From an uncultured Aquimarina sp. (lineage in GTDB: Bacteria; Bacteroidota; Bacteroidia; Flavobacteriales; Flavobacteriaceae): DNA of 64,000 nt. Below are positions 8,660 to 18,729 of the stretch, in pieces; positions within the stretch are counted from its first letter, which is position 1, and every line of letters starts with the position of its first letter. The stretch lies in contig NZ_CANLMP010000008.1 of NCBI RefSeq assembly GCF_947492405.1, positions 225,435-289,434 on the forward strand. The letters are read 5' to 3'. The position numbers were made by a program, and so were the translations under genes. A model generated the notes under the pieces. It made no database searches, had not been told where the DNA came from, and worked only from the letters and a program-made list of their open reading frames with translations.

Positions 8660-8699
8660 TTCCTACTCTATTTAAAAGAGGCTTTTCAGATTCCGCCTT
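8660..8699 (-). promoter_or_regulatory. Repeated leader element, copy 2
   Basis: Minus strand AAGGCGGAATCTGAAAAGCCTCTTTTAAATAGAGTAGGAA; ends 22 nt upstream of the ATG at 8637. Confidence 0.7.
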
Positions 8700-8873
8700 T
8701 TAAATTTTGTTAGTAAACCATAAATCCATCCTTGATTGTACTCTTATTTGAAATATGTATTTCTGTGATGCTTTGTTTACTATCAAAATTTTGATGTAAT
8801 CAACCTAAATACTAGTGGCTACTTAATCGAATATGTGGTTTTGATTAATTACAATGTAAAGGTGTCTAAAATG

Positions 8874-8946
8874 TAAGCACGTGAAATGAATTTGTAGATA
8901 AGCGTGTAAATCGTAGTGATCAACGAACTATTAACGCACCTGAACG
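8874..8946 (-). promoter_or_regulatory. Helically phased direct repeats, candidate LytTR binding sites
   Basis: Minus-strand hexamers CGTTCA (8941-46), CGTTAA (8931-36), CGTTGA (8920-25), CGCTTA (8899-8904) at 10/11/21-bp spacing, between the LytTR gene and the cassette. Confidence 0.5.
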
Positions 8947-9019
8947 TATCGTCCAAAATTGTGTAATCTTTAATTACAAAAGGAAGTAGTTGGTAATAAG
9001 GAATAAAAAATAAAAACTA

Positions 9020-9754
9020 TTACTTTATAATGTTATGGATATTAGTGAATTGTTTTTTAAATCGATCACTTATGGTTATTTGAATTCCAGAGTTTAGATA
9101 AACAGCGTTTTCAGTAAGATTGATTTCTTTTATTTTGTCAAAATTGATTAAGCGTTTTCTGTGGATTTGCTCGAAGTTTTTATTAGAGAGCATTGTTTTA
9201 ATTTTGGACAAAGATAATCTCACAATATGCTTTTCATTTTCCGTAAAAAGTGAACAATAATTTTCTTCGACTTCAATATATTCTATGGTATCAAGAATTA
9301 TTTTACAGATTTTATGCTGCTTTTTTATGAACAGATAATCGGATGCTAAAACTCCCGTATTTGATCTCAAGGTATTTTCTTGCTGAAAATGTTGTTCAAT
9401 AGCTAATTCAATGGAGTATTGTAATTCTAAAGTGTTAAATGGCTTTAGGATATATGTAAATGGCATGGTCAATTTAGCCTTTTCAAAAACAGCCCTACTT
9501 TGCATATTGGTAAGAAATAAAAAAGGGATAGGATTATGAGTAGCTTGGATATGTTTTGCAAATTCAATTCCATCTAATTTCCCATCAATACTAATATCCA
9601 AAATCGCAAAATCGAAAAGAGAAGAAGCCAAAGCATCTTTAGCTTTTTTTAAAGTATTCACTAATGTAATATTATAATCTTTGGATAAAAGATTCATGAT
9701 ATTTTGCGAGTCAGAAATATTGTCTTCTAATAGAATAATATGAAGTGATTTCAT
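9020..9754 (-). CDS. LytTR family response regulator
   Basis: Receiver (LLEDN, AILDI, FLT, YILKPF) plus LytTR domain (YIEVEENY, FEQIHRKRLIN). Confidence 0.92.
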   Translation of the reverse strand: MKSLHIILLEDNISDSQNIMNLLSKDYNITLVNTLKKAKDALASSLFDFAILDISIDGKLDGIEFAKHIQATHNPIPFLFLTNMQSRAVFEKAKLTMPFTYILKPFNTLELQYSIELAIEQHFQQENTLRSNTGVLASDYLFIKKQHKICKIILDTIEYIEVEENYCSLFTENEKHIVRLSLSKIKTMLSNKNFEQIHRKRLINFDKIKEINLTENAVYLNSGIQITISDRFKKQFTNIHNIIK

Positions 9755-9756
9755 TT

Positions 9757-11463
9757 TTAAGTTTCTTTAATGAGTAGACCTATTGCTACTGTCATTCCTA
9801 AGTTGTCATTATTGCTTAACGTAAAGGTACCTTTGTTTTTTGTAATTAAAGTTTTACTTAACAGTAAGCCAAGCCCTAGACCTTTGGATCTATCTATTTT
9901 TTCAATAGTTAATACTTTATAATTATTAATTATATCTAAAACTTTAGAAGGCATTCCGGTACCAGAATCTCTAATCTTGAGAATACATTCTTTATTTTGA
10001 ATAGAAGTCTCTATAGTTATTTTGCCACCATTCGGTGTGTATTTAATAGCATTGTCAATTAAATTTCTAAAAGCAATTTTAAACAATTCTTTATCTAAAA
10101 ACACCTGTGCATTAGAGCTTAGATACTTAGTGTTTAGTTCAATGTTCTTTGCAGAAGCTAAAGGTCTAAAATCAAATAAAATAGCATCTACCAAAACTTC
10201 TATTGGATGTGTTTCTGGGTTAAAGAGCAATTGGTCACTTTGTTGTAAAGCCCAATTAAGAATATTATCTAATAATTGAGAAGTGCTTTTAGCGATAGAA
10301 GTATTTTCGTTATTCAAATTCTTGGCTGAATTAATATTATTGATTTCTAATAAATCAGATAATTTTTTATGATTATTTTTTAGCAGATTGATGGGGGTTC
10401 TTAAATCGTGAGAGATTACAGAAATTAAATAATTCTTTGTGTTATTTGATTCTTCTAATTGTTGTCTCTGTAAGTTTATAAATTTGTTTTGTTTTATTTT
10501 TATTCGATACAAGTAGAGAAGAGCTCCTAAAAAAACGGATATAATAATAAAAGCTATTACAAACAACTGTATACGTTCTTTTTGCTTTTTTGTAATTTGT
10601 TTCTGAGCAAAAACCTCTTTCTCTTTAACAGCGACAGCAATTTGTTTGTCTTTTTCTAAAAGTGCAGATATTTTATCTCTATTCCAAAGAGAATCTTTCC
10701 ATTTTATATACTCCGTATAATAGTCGACACTTTCTTTATAGCGTTTTCTGTTTTTCTCTACTACTGCCATGTTTTGAGCAGTATTTTGTTTTGCTGTAAT
10801 ATTCGAAAATAATTGAGCAACATGGTATGCTTCTTCAAAATATTGTATAGCTTCTGTGTCTTTATATTGCTCATAAAACAAGTTGCCTAAATCCAATTTC
10901 GCATAAATGATACTTAGTGTATCTTTTTCATTTTGAGATATTTTTAATTCTTTAAGCAGAAATTTTTCGGATTCTGGATACTTTTTTAAATGCAGGTAGC
11001 ATAATCCAATATTGTGATATGCTCTTTTTAATTTATTAGTACTTTGTATCCTATTGGATTTAATTACAGAATTATAATAATTCAAAGCTTTATTATATTC
11101 TCTATTCTCCAATGATATAGATGCAAGATTATAATCTACTAGATATTTATATGGAAATGAATTAGGAATACTTTCTAATTTTTCCAGAGCGATGGAATTG
11201 AATTTTTTTTCTAGCGCACTTACGCCATAAATATAATCTAAGTAATTCCTTATTTCAGTTGTGTCTGATAATTGATTATATGCTTGACTGCTATAGATAA
11301 AAGAAGAATCAATTTGTTGATTAAAATAGAAAATATGTGCTTTATGAAAACTTGTAATGTTCTTTTTACATATTTTTTCTATATTTTTTTTTAAATCAGA
11401 ATAATCCTTGTCTTTTTGCGCAAACAGACAGAAAGGGAATAAAAATAAAAGTAGTACTCTCAC
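9757..11463 (-). CDS. TPR-repeat sensor histidine kinase
   Basis: Signal-like N-terminus, TPR repeats (YHNIGLCY, DLGNLFY), TM helix, SHDLRTP H-box, NLIDNAIKYT, DSGTGM, GLGLGL. Confidence 0.92.
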   Translation of the reverse strand: MRVLLLFLFPFCLFAQKDKDYSDLKKNIEKICKKNITSFHKAHIFYFNQQIDSSFIYSSQAYNQLSDTTEIRNYLDYIYGVSALEKKFNSIALEKLESIPNSFPYKYLVDYNLASISLENREYNKALNYYNSVIKSNRIQSTNKLKRAYHNIGLCYLHLKKYPESEKFLLKELKISQNEKDTLSIIYAKLDLGNLFYEQYKDTEAIQYFEEAYHVAQLFSNITAKQNTAQNMAVVEKNRKRYKESVDYYTEYIKWKDSLWNRDKISALLEKDKQIAVAVKEKEVFAQKQITKKQKERIQLFVIAFIIISVFLGALLYLYRIKIKQNKFINLQRQQLEESNNTKNYLISVISHDLRTPINLLKNNHKKLSDLLEINNINSAKNLNNENTSIAKSTSQLLDNILNWALQQSDQLLFNPETHPIEVLVDAILFDFRPLASAKNIELNTKYLSSNAQVFLDKELFKIAFRNLIDNAIKYTPNGGKITIETSIQNKECILKIRDSGTGMPSKVLDIINNYKVLTIEKIDRSKGLGLGLLLSKTLITKNKGTFTLSNNDNLGMTVAIGLLIKET

Positions 11464-11473
11464 TATTAATATC

Positions 11474-11986
11474 TTAATTAGTCCCTGTTCTTACCGTAGT
11501 AACTGTGCCTCTTGATGTTTCTGGGTCTAAATTGTTATCGTGTACAATAATTGCCTCAACAGATTGTCCATAATTTTCTTTAATACTGTAATGAATTTTA
11601 ATGTGGAATAAATCATACGTCATTGGTTCTAATTCATTATAAGTTTCATAATCAATACCAAAATTTCTACATAAGATTATATCACTATCAGTAACTGTAG
11701 ATATTTCAGTCTCTATGGTGGATACTCCATTATAACTAAAGTATATTTTATTTTTAAGGTCCTTTGAAATTAATTCAAAACTACTTTGATTAGGGTTTTG
11801 AATAGTTTTAAAATTAACAGGGATATGAATAATAATATTTACAGCATACGTTCCAGAATCTTCACTATTATAGATATTTGCTAAGGGTATTCTTGAAACT
11901 TCCCATACATCAATTGGGTCTTTATTTATTTTTTTACAAAATTTAGGTTCAAATTCTAGCCCTGCAATAGTAATCTTGTTTCCCAT
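11474..11986 (-). CDS. Hypothetical protein with C-terminal DPETSRGTVTTV segment
   Basis: 170-aa ORF ending 10 nt before the kinase start; no signal peptide. Confidence 0.7.
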   Translation of the reverse strand: MGNKITIAGLEFEPKFCKKINKDPIDVWEVSRIPLANIYNSEDSGTYAVNIIIHIPVNFKTIQNPNQSSFELISKDLKNKIYFSYNGVSTIETEISTVTDSDIILCRNFGIDYETYNELEPMTYDLFHIKIHYSIKENYGQSVEAIIVHDNNLDPETSRGTVTTVRTGTN

Positions 11987-12384
11987 TCAAATAATTTTAG
12001 GTTTTAGTTGATAATTTAAATGTACTAAATATAAAACTGTAAAACCTTATTTATGAAGAAAATCATAAGGTAAAATATAATGAAATTTCCCCTAATTCTT
12101 TATTTAGTAGGTTCTTCAATTATCTCAAGTAAATAATTTAGATCACACTTTAAGAAATACTTTCGGTTTTCTTAATAATGTATTCAGAAACTATTAAAAA
12201 AAACATATTTCCGAAACGATACAGTATCGTAGTCTGGATCGGGATGGTTGGTTGGGGTAAATTAAAGTATGACTAACCAAATCTATTTTAAGAAGTTATA
12301 TCAGTTATCTTGCTTTTCAAGTTTATAACTCAGATCTATTAACTTCTCTTTGTAAATATTATCTAGTTAGTCAATACTATTTTA

Positions 12385-15300
12385 TTAAACTTTTTGATCT
12401 ATTACTTCAATTTTAGGAGGTATAAGTTTATAAATAACTGTACATACTAAAAATGCGAGCAATGTGGAGCTTATTAACCCTCCTATCAAAACAACTACCA
12501 ATCCTTCATATAGAGGATTTGCTTCGAGAACCAAAGGCGTTAATCCACCTATAGCGGTACTTGCGGTTAAGATTATTGGTATAAAACGTGTTTTTGCTGC
12601 TTTTTTGATAGCATCTTCTAAAGCCATGCCTTCAATTCTTAGTTGATTGGTAAAGTCAACAAGCAAGATGGAGTTTTTGATTTCAATTCCGATCAATGCG
12701 ATAAATCCAACAAGTGCCGTAAATGATAAAGGGTTTCCTGAGAGATATAATGCAATAAAAGCACCAATTAATCCTAAAGGAATAACAGACAATACAATTA
12801 AAGAACTTTTAAATGATCCAAATTCCAGTATGAGTATAAGTAAAAAAATGACACCAGCAATTAAAGCTGTAATTCCAATTCCATCAAAAGCATCTGATTT
12901 ATTTTCTAATTCTCCTGCAGCGACATAATGATACCCTTCCGGAAAATCAAATTGATCTAACTTTTCTATAATAGCAGCATTTAGTGCTGCATACGTATAT
13001 CCTTTTTTGGCGTATGCATTTATAGTAACATAGCGGGACTCGTCATAGTGTTTTATGGATTGTGTTTCTGTTTCATATTCTAGATCAGCTACCTGATTTA
13101 AGGGGATAGATGCTCCAGAAAAAGAATTCACATACAAGTTTTCTAAAACAGTAGGTGTTGTAAAGCGATCTCGAGCTAGTGTTACCGTAATGTTCATGTT
13201 ATCCTGACCTTCACCTGGAGAATATTCTGCCATGGGTAAGCCAGCAATTGCCATTCTAATTGTTTGATCTATTGTTGCCGTCTGAATTCCTAAAATACCA
13301 GCTTTCTCTTTATTAATTTTAAATTTGAGATTGGTTTTATTGGTAGCAACAGGATTTGTAATGTAGAGCGTACCAGGTGTTTCTTTTAATATGTTCTCTA
13401 CTTGAATGGATAGGTTTTGAAGCGTTTTTAAATCATCCCCAAAGACGCGAATAGCTACCGGAGCTTCAAAAGGAGGTCCTTGTTCATAATCAATTATTTG
13501 AATTTTTGCATTTGGATAATATTGGAAATCTTTACGAAGACTTTCAATAATATCTTCTTTTTCGTCATAAGAATCTACATCGGCTTGAACAAAAATTTGA
13601 GCAAAGTTAGTTTGTTCATTACGCTGACGCACATTATAATAAACTGTTGGATTTCCCTTACCTACATTAGTTGTAAAGTATTTTATATGCTTTGTTTCTT
13701 GTAATTTAGCTTCTACATATCTGGCTGCACGATCTGTTTCCAATAAAGTTGCTGTTTGAGGTAATTCAATATTAATTTGAAACTGAGGCTTTTCAGATTT
13801 CGGAAAAAGACTAAAACCAATTACCGGTATAAGCGCAAAAGATCCTAAAAGCATTCCTCCAGCAATTAGAAGTGTAACATAGGGTTTTCTTAGTACCCAA
13901 TCCAGAACTCTGGAATAATAGCTGTCTATAAATTTTTGTAGCACTCTTAAGAAAATATTTCCTTGAGATTTGGTATGTGTTTTTAAAATTTTATTTGATA
14001 GAAAAGGAACTACTGTTAAAGAGACCAACAATGAAGCTAAAACTGTTGTAACCACTGCCATGGGTAATCCTCTTATAAAATCTCCAGATCCGCCGGGTAA
14101 TTTTAAAATAGGCAAAAATGCTGCGATTAAGGTAAATGTCACTCCAATTACTGCCATAGAAATTTGTTTTACGGATTCTATGGAGGCTTCCATTCTAGAA
14201 GCACCCTCTCTTATATAGCGTTCAATGTTTTCTACAACAACAATAGCATCATCTACTAATATACCAAGCGCTACAATAAACCCCACAATACTTAATTGAT
14301 TTATAGAATACCCTAAGGCATCCATAACAAAAAGCCCAATAGATAGTGATAGAGGAATAGAAATCATTACTACCCAGGCGGATCTAAATCCTAAAGGTAA
14401 TAGCGTAATGGATACCAGAAGAATCGCAAATAAAAAATCTTTACCAAATCTGCTAAGACGTGTTTTTACGGTTTTTGATTGATCAAAATTAACTACCAAA
14501 TCCATAGATTTTGGTAGTTTTTCCTTAAAATCGTTAATTATTGGCCAGGCTGCATCACCAACTTTGAAAATGTTTTCTCCATCATTTTGGCTTGCAGAAA
14601 TAAGAACTGCGCGCTTGCCATTTAGGCGAGTAATATGTCGCTCTTCTTCATAGGTAGAAACTACATTAGCAATGTCTTTTAGTTTAATTATTTTTCCATT
14701 TGAAGCATATATTACTGTGTTTTTAATGTCTTCAATGCTTTCATAATCACCACTGGTTTTTACATTAAATTTTCTGGAATTGATATTAATTGCTCCTCCG
14801 GGAATATTTACATTTTCGCTTTGTAGGGCACCATAAACATACTGCAATGGAATATTTTGTTGCGCTAGTTTTTGTAAGTTTAATTCAACTCTAATTTCTT
14901 GTTCCGGATATCCCCAAGTTTCAACTTTTTTAAACCCTTTTATTTTTTCAAGCTGCTCCTCAAGTTGTTCTGCGGTTTTTTCTAAATCTGCATATGAAGC
15001 ATTTTCTGAGGTAATTGCCATCTGAAATATGTTGACATCAGATGAGTTAAATTCCTGAACTTCCAGTGCATATAAGTTTTCGGGTAATTCACTTCTTGCG
15101 GCATTAACTTCTCTAACAATTTCCTGATACTTTTCATCTTTATCCACCTCAAAAATGTATTCTACATCAATAACAGCTAATCCGTCTTCAATGGTAGTTT
15201 TAATTTTTTTAATATCATCGAGCTCATTAATCTTTCCTTCTAAAATATCGACTACTTGATCTTCAATATCTAAAGGAGAGGCTCCCGGATATATGGCAAC

Positions 15301-15444
15301 CACAAAGAATCTAGGAAAGTTAACCTCTGGATCTTCACCTCTTGGCATATTGAATAGAGAGTTTGCTCCAAGAGCAAGTATCGCTATTAAAATGACTACC
15401 GAAAAAGAGGTGTTTTTTACAAAAAAGGATGTTATGTTTTTCAT
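12385..15444 (-). CDS. RND efflux permease (AcrB/CusA superfamily)
   Basis: 1019 aa, 12-TM pattern, LGILVDDAIVVVENI, IKNSILLVDF, RFIPIILT. Confidence 0.93.
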   Translation of the reverse strand: MKNITSFFVKNTSFSVVILIAILALGANSLFNMPRGEDPEVNFPRFFVVAIYPGASPLDIEDQVVDILEGKINELDDIKKIKTTIEDGLAVIDVEYIFEVDKDEKYQEIVREVNAARSELPENLYALEVQEFNSSDVNIFQMAITSENASYADLEKTAEQLEEQLEKIKGFKKVETWGYPEQEIRVELNLQKLAQQNIPLQYVYGALQSENVNIPGGAININSRKFNVKTSGDYESIEDIKNTVIYASNGKIIKLKDIANVVSTYEEERHITRLNGKRAVLISASQNDGENIFKVGDAAWPIINDFKEKLPKSMDLVVNFDQSKTVKTRLSRFGKDFLFAILLVSITLLPLGFRSAWVVMISIPLSLSIGLFVMDALGYSINQLSIVGFIVALGILVDDAIVVVENIERYIREGASRMEASIESVKQISMAVIGVTFTLIAAFLPILKLPGGSGDFIRGLPMAVVTTVLASLLVSLTVVPFLSNKILKTHTKSQGNIFLRVLQKFIDSYYSRVLDWVLRKPYVTLLIAGGMLLGSFALIPVIGFSLFPKSEKPQFQINIELPQTATLLETDRAARYVEAKLQETKHIKYFTTNVGKGNPTVYYNVRQRNEQTNFAQIFVQADVDSYDEKEDIIESLRKDFQYYPNAKIQIIDYEQGPPFEAPVAIRVFGDDLKTLQNLSIQVENILKETPGTLYITNPVATNKTNLKFKINKEKAGILGIQTATIDQTIRMAIAGLPMAEYSPGEGQDNMNITVTLARDRFTTPTVLENLYVNSFSGASIPLNQVADLEYETETQSIKHYDESRYVTINAYAKKGYTYAALNAAIIEKLDQFDFPEGYHYVAAGELENKSDAFDGIGITALIAGVIFLLILILEFGSFKSSLIVLSVIPLGLIGAFIALYLSGNPLSFTALVGFIALIGIEIKNSILLVDFTNQLRIEGMALEDAIKKAAKTRFIPIILTASTAIGGLTPLVLEANPLYEGLVVVLIGGLISSTLLAFLVCTVIYKLIPPKIEVIDQKV

Positions 15445-15455
15445 CTTGTATTATT

Positions 15456-16508
15456 TTAGTTGAGGACTTTTACAGATACGAATTCATTTAGAAAACCTGA
15501 ACCTGACGTAACTACATTATCTCCGTTATGTATTCCTTTTGAAATCGCAATCCGTTCTTTATCCATAAATGCAATATCAACAGGTATCTTTTTAACTTTG
15601 CTACTACCATCCAAAACAAAAACAAACCCATTATTGCCATTTGCATCTACCAATGCTTCAATGGGTATTATCATATAGGATGACGCCGTTTGTGTTTTTA
15701 TTGCTGCGCTGGCAAACATTCCAGTAGCAAATTTGACACCTTTGGGATTTACTTTTATTTCAATAGCATAGGAACCATTAGTAGGATCTGCTCCTTGAGC
15801 CAGGCGAATAATTTTTCCTTCGAATGTTTTATCTGGATACGCGTCGATATGAATTGATGCTACATCTCCTTTCTGGAGTCTTGCCCAGTCTTTATCAGAA
15901 ACTCCAATTTCTAATTTCCATTCATCTTCTGTTGTGTCATTCATGAATAGGATAGGAGTTCCAGGATTTACTAACTCACCTTCATTCATCATTTTTCGAA
16001 CAATGGTACCATCACTTATGGCTCGTATTTCTGCATAATTTTGATTAAAAATTGCTATTTGTAGATCTTGTCTTGTGATATCCAAAAGGGTTGTCAGATC
16101 TTGAACTTGCTCCAAAGTGGCAGCGTCATCTTTATAAAGGCTATTTACTCGTTTTAAATCTCTCTTTGCTTTGTCATGAGCTTTCCTAGCCTGTGTTACT
16201 TTGGCATTTATTTCTGTTAGGTTTAGTCTGGCCAAGACTTGTCCTTTTCTTACTGATTCTCCTTCTTCAACGTATATTTTATGAATTACACCACCTATTT
16301 TAAATGATAGTGTTGCTTCTGTATCAGAGGACAATAGTCCAGAACCTTTTACAGGTAGTGAAACTGTTTCTTCCGATACAGTTGCTATTGATACAGCAAT
16401 TTCGTGGGTTCCAGAATCATCATTTGTATGATGATTATCTTTACAGCTTTGTAATAGTGTTGTTATTACCATAACCATTACCAGGTGTTTTAATTGTTTT
16501 GTTTTCAT
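15456..16508 (-). CDS. RND periplasmic adaptor (MFP), lipoprotein
   Basis: Lipobox LQSC, LSFKIGGVIHKIYVEEGESVRKGQVLARL lipoyl motif, alpha-hairpin. Confidence 0.9.
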   Translation of the reverse strand: MKTKQLKHLVMVMVITTLLQSCKDNHHTNDDSGTHEIAVSIATVSEETVSLPVKGSGLLSSDTEATLSFKIGGVIHKIYVEEGESVRKGQVLARLNLTEINAKVTQARKAHDKAKRDLKRVNSLYKDDAATLEQVQDLTTLLDITRQDLQIAIFNQNYAEIRAISDGTIVRKMMNEGELVNPGTPILFMNDTTEDEWKLEIGVSDKDWARLQKGDVASIHIDAYPDKTFEGKIIRLAQGADPTNGSYAIEIKVNPKGVKFATGMFASAAIKTQTASSYMIIPIEALVDANGNNGFVFVLDGSSKVKKIPVDIAFMDKERIAISKGIHNGDNVVTSGSGFLNEFVSVKVLN

Positions 16509-16520
16509 TTTTTTTGATTT

Positions 16521-17879
16521 TTAAAGCGCTAGAACTCTATCAAGTTCAGCTTGTTTTTTAAGTACATTATATTGTGCGATCACTAAACCCAATTGTGAAT
16601 TAGTGTATTGAACTCTGGCATCTAAAAACTCAACCAGTATGACAAGGTTTTCTTCGTATTTACGCTTGATGATTCTGAAGTTTTCCTTGGCACTTTCAAA
16701 GGCAGATTTTTTGGAGGAAACAACAGTGTTAGATGCCTCCAAATTGTAGTAGGCGTCTATAACTTGCAGTCTAATTTGTTGTTCCAATTCTTGATAACGT
16801 GTTTGATACTGTTCTACTTGTATTTTTGTTTTTGTCTTTTTTGCTTTATTCTTTAATCCTGTAAATAAGGGAATTGATACATTAAACTGTAGTACGCCAT
16901 AATCCTGATTTCCATCAAACTCATAACCAAAACCTTGATAACCAATAGAGCCACCAAGAGAGAATTTAGGTATCCAACTGTATTTTTCTATTTTATGAGC
17001 ATATGTATTAGCCTTGATAACATGATCTAGTTGAACTAGCTCTTCCCTTTCAGATAGGGCAGTAGTTTGTAGCGTGTTTAAATCACTAAATAGAAAACCT
17101 TCTGAAATTTTTAAAGACGTATCGATTCGTATTTGTTCATTGAGTTCTCTATTCAATAAGAAATTAAAGTAGCTTTTAGCAATATTGTGTTGTTGTACTG
17201 CTAATGCTCTATCGGCATATAATTGGTCTAGTTCGAATTGTGCTCTAAACACAACATCTTTGGTTGCTTTGTTGTTTTTTACTAATGCTTTATTAATACG
17301 TACTAATTCTTTTAATACAGTTTCTGAGCTATCATAAATATGTAATACTTCTTCGCTCTGGAGATAACTGTAATAACCTTGTTTGATTTCTTTTTTTAAC
17401 TCTTGTACATAAGCATCTTTTTTAGCCTTTTGAAAAGATGTAAGAGCAGATTTTGCTTTATAATTGAAATAAACATCTGTATTGAAAATGACTTGCTTAA
17501 ACTCAAGACGTGTATCATGAAAATCATTTGGTATAATTGGTTCTTCTACGTTTTGAAGATTTATAGGGAAATTTTCTGAACCCGTTAACTGATTTAATGT
17601 TGTATATACCGGATTTAGGAGATCACCTACAGGAATATCAATGGTTCTACCCCCATTAGCGATCATATATGATGCATTAAATGTAACATTAGGGAGGAAT
17701 AATGCCTTTGCTTGTTTTAAATCCTCAAAGCTTTGCGACAATAGTTGATGCTCTTGTTGTAAAGCTAAATTGCTTTTTAAGCCTTCTTCTACATAATCTT
17801 CTATAATAGATTGCCCTATGGATAGGTTAGTAATCATAAGAAAAAAGAGAAGGTTATACGGTGTGCTTTTAGTTCTCAT
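16521..17879 (-). CDS. TolC family outer membrane efflux protein
   Basis: Signal peptide, two OEP-like halves, FNVSIPLFTG, position in the RND operon. Confidence 0.9.
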   Translation of the reverse strand: MRTKSTPYNLLFFLMITNLSIGQSIIEDYVEEGLKSNLALQQEHQLLSQSFEDLKQAKALFLPNVTFNASYMIANGGRTIDIPVGDLLNPVYTTLNQLTGSENFPINLQNVEEPIIPNDFHDTRLEFKQVIFNTDVYFNYKAKSALTSFQKAKKDAYVQELKKEIKQGYYSYLQSEEVLHIYDSSETVLKELVRINKALVKNNKATKDVVFRAQFELDQLYADRALAVQQHNIAKSYFNFLLNRELNEQIRIDTSLKISEGFLFSDLNTLQTTALSEREELVQLDHVIKANTYAHKIEKYSWIPKFSLGGSIGYQGFGYEFDGNQDYGVLQFNVSIPLFTGLKNKAKKTKTKIQVEQYQTRYQELEQQIRLQVIDAYYNLEASNTVVSSKKSAFESAKENFRIIKRKYEENLVILVEFLDARVQYTNSQLGLVIAQYNVLKKQAELDRVLAL

Positions 17880-17913
17880 AATTATAGTATTAGATTGATA
17901 TTCATTGTTTTTT

Positions 17914-17932
17914 TAGTAAACAGTGTTTACTA
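17914..17932. promoter_or_regulatory. Palindromic operator (TetR candidate) upstream of the TolC gene
   Basis: TAGTAAAC-AGT-GTTTACTA. Confidence 0.75.
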
Positions 17933-17948
17933 TATGTGTAAAAAAATA

Positions 17949-18566
17949 TTATACTTTGGTCATTGTCAAAATTTCATGCATAATTTCTGATGATTCTTTA
18001 AGTAGCGTCAACCTGTTTTCTTCTGGATACATCTTCATTCTATTTCTAATTTTTAAGGATACCATGCCGTGCACATAAGACCATATGGAAAATGCTACTG
18101 CTTCGGCATTCATATTCTTGAAATAACCGTCTTTTATACAATCTGTAATGATATCTAATAAAATTTGATGGGCCGACATTCCAATATCCCATCCGGATTC
18201 TGTTTGGTCTGATTGCATTGGTTCATTAAGGATGAACATTAAATCATAATATGCAGGATGCTCAATTGCAAATTTTACATAGCGCTGGTTTAATTGTTTT
18301 AAACGATCTATTGGTTTTTTTATGGACAATACAGATTCGAATTCTTTTTTAAAAAGTGTAAAAGCCTTTACACTAATTTCATATAATAAAGCGTCTTTGT
18401 CTTTAAAATATAGATATATAGTACGCGGACTGTATTCAATCTCTTTAGCAATACTTCTAATAGTGGTCTTACTATAACCTAAAGTAGAAAATTGTCTTGT
18501 TGCCGTATCGAGAATTAATGCTTTTAACTCTTCTTTCTCCCTTTGTCTTCTTTCTGTTATACCCAT
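17949..18566 (-). CDS. TetR/AcrR family transcriptional regulator
   Basis: GYSKTTIRSIAKEIEYSPRTIYLYFKDKDALL HTH; WSYVHGMVSL C-terminal motif. Confidence 0.93.
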   Translation of the reverse strand: MGITERRQREKEELKALILDTATRQFSTLGYSKTTIRSIAKEIEYSPRTIYLYFKDKDALLYEISVKAFTLFKKEFESVLSIKKPIDRLKQLNQRYVKFAIEHPAYYDLMFILNEPMQSDQTESGWDIGMSAHQILLDIITDCIKDGYFKNMNAEAVAFSIWSYVHGMVSLKIRNRMKMYPEENRLTLLKESSEIMHEILTMTKV

Positions 18567-18592
18567 AGCTAAATTATTAAACGATGTAAATA

Positions 18593-18611
18593 TAGTAAAC
18601 GCTGTTTACTA
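18593..18611. promoter_or_regulatory. Palindromic operator (TetR autoregulation candidate)
   Basis: TAGTAAAC-GCT-GTTTACTA, same arms as 17914-17932, 26 nt upstream of the TetR ATG. Confidence 0.75.
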
Positions 18612-18729
18612 AAAAAACAAATTATCATATTTTAACATATTAGGATGGGTTTTAGGCGAGAGATATTCTTGAATATATAATTAATAAAGGAGGTAGTCCC
18701 TAATGTCTCGTCTTGAAATAGTATCACAT

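Noticed and set aside
5998-8699. 40-bp direct repeats as att sites or IS ends of a mobile cassette
   Set aside because: No integrase or transposase nearby, and the fixed distance to start codons plus a third internal copy fit a regulatory role better; not fully excluded
12216-12230. Perfect palindrome ACGATAC-A-GTATCGT upstream of the 170-aa gene
   Set aside because: Single occurrence about 230 bp from the start codon with no second copy or assignable regulator
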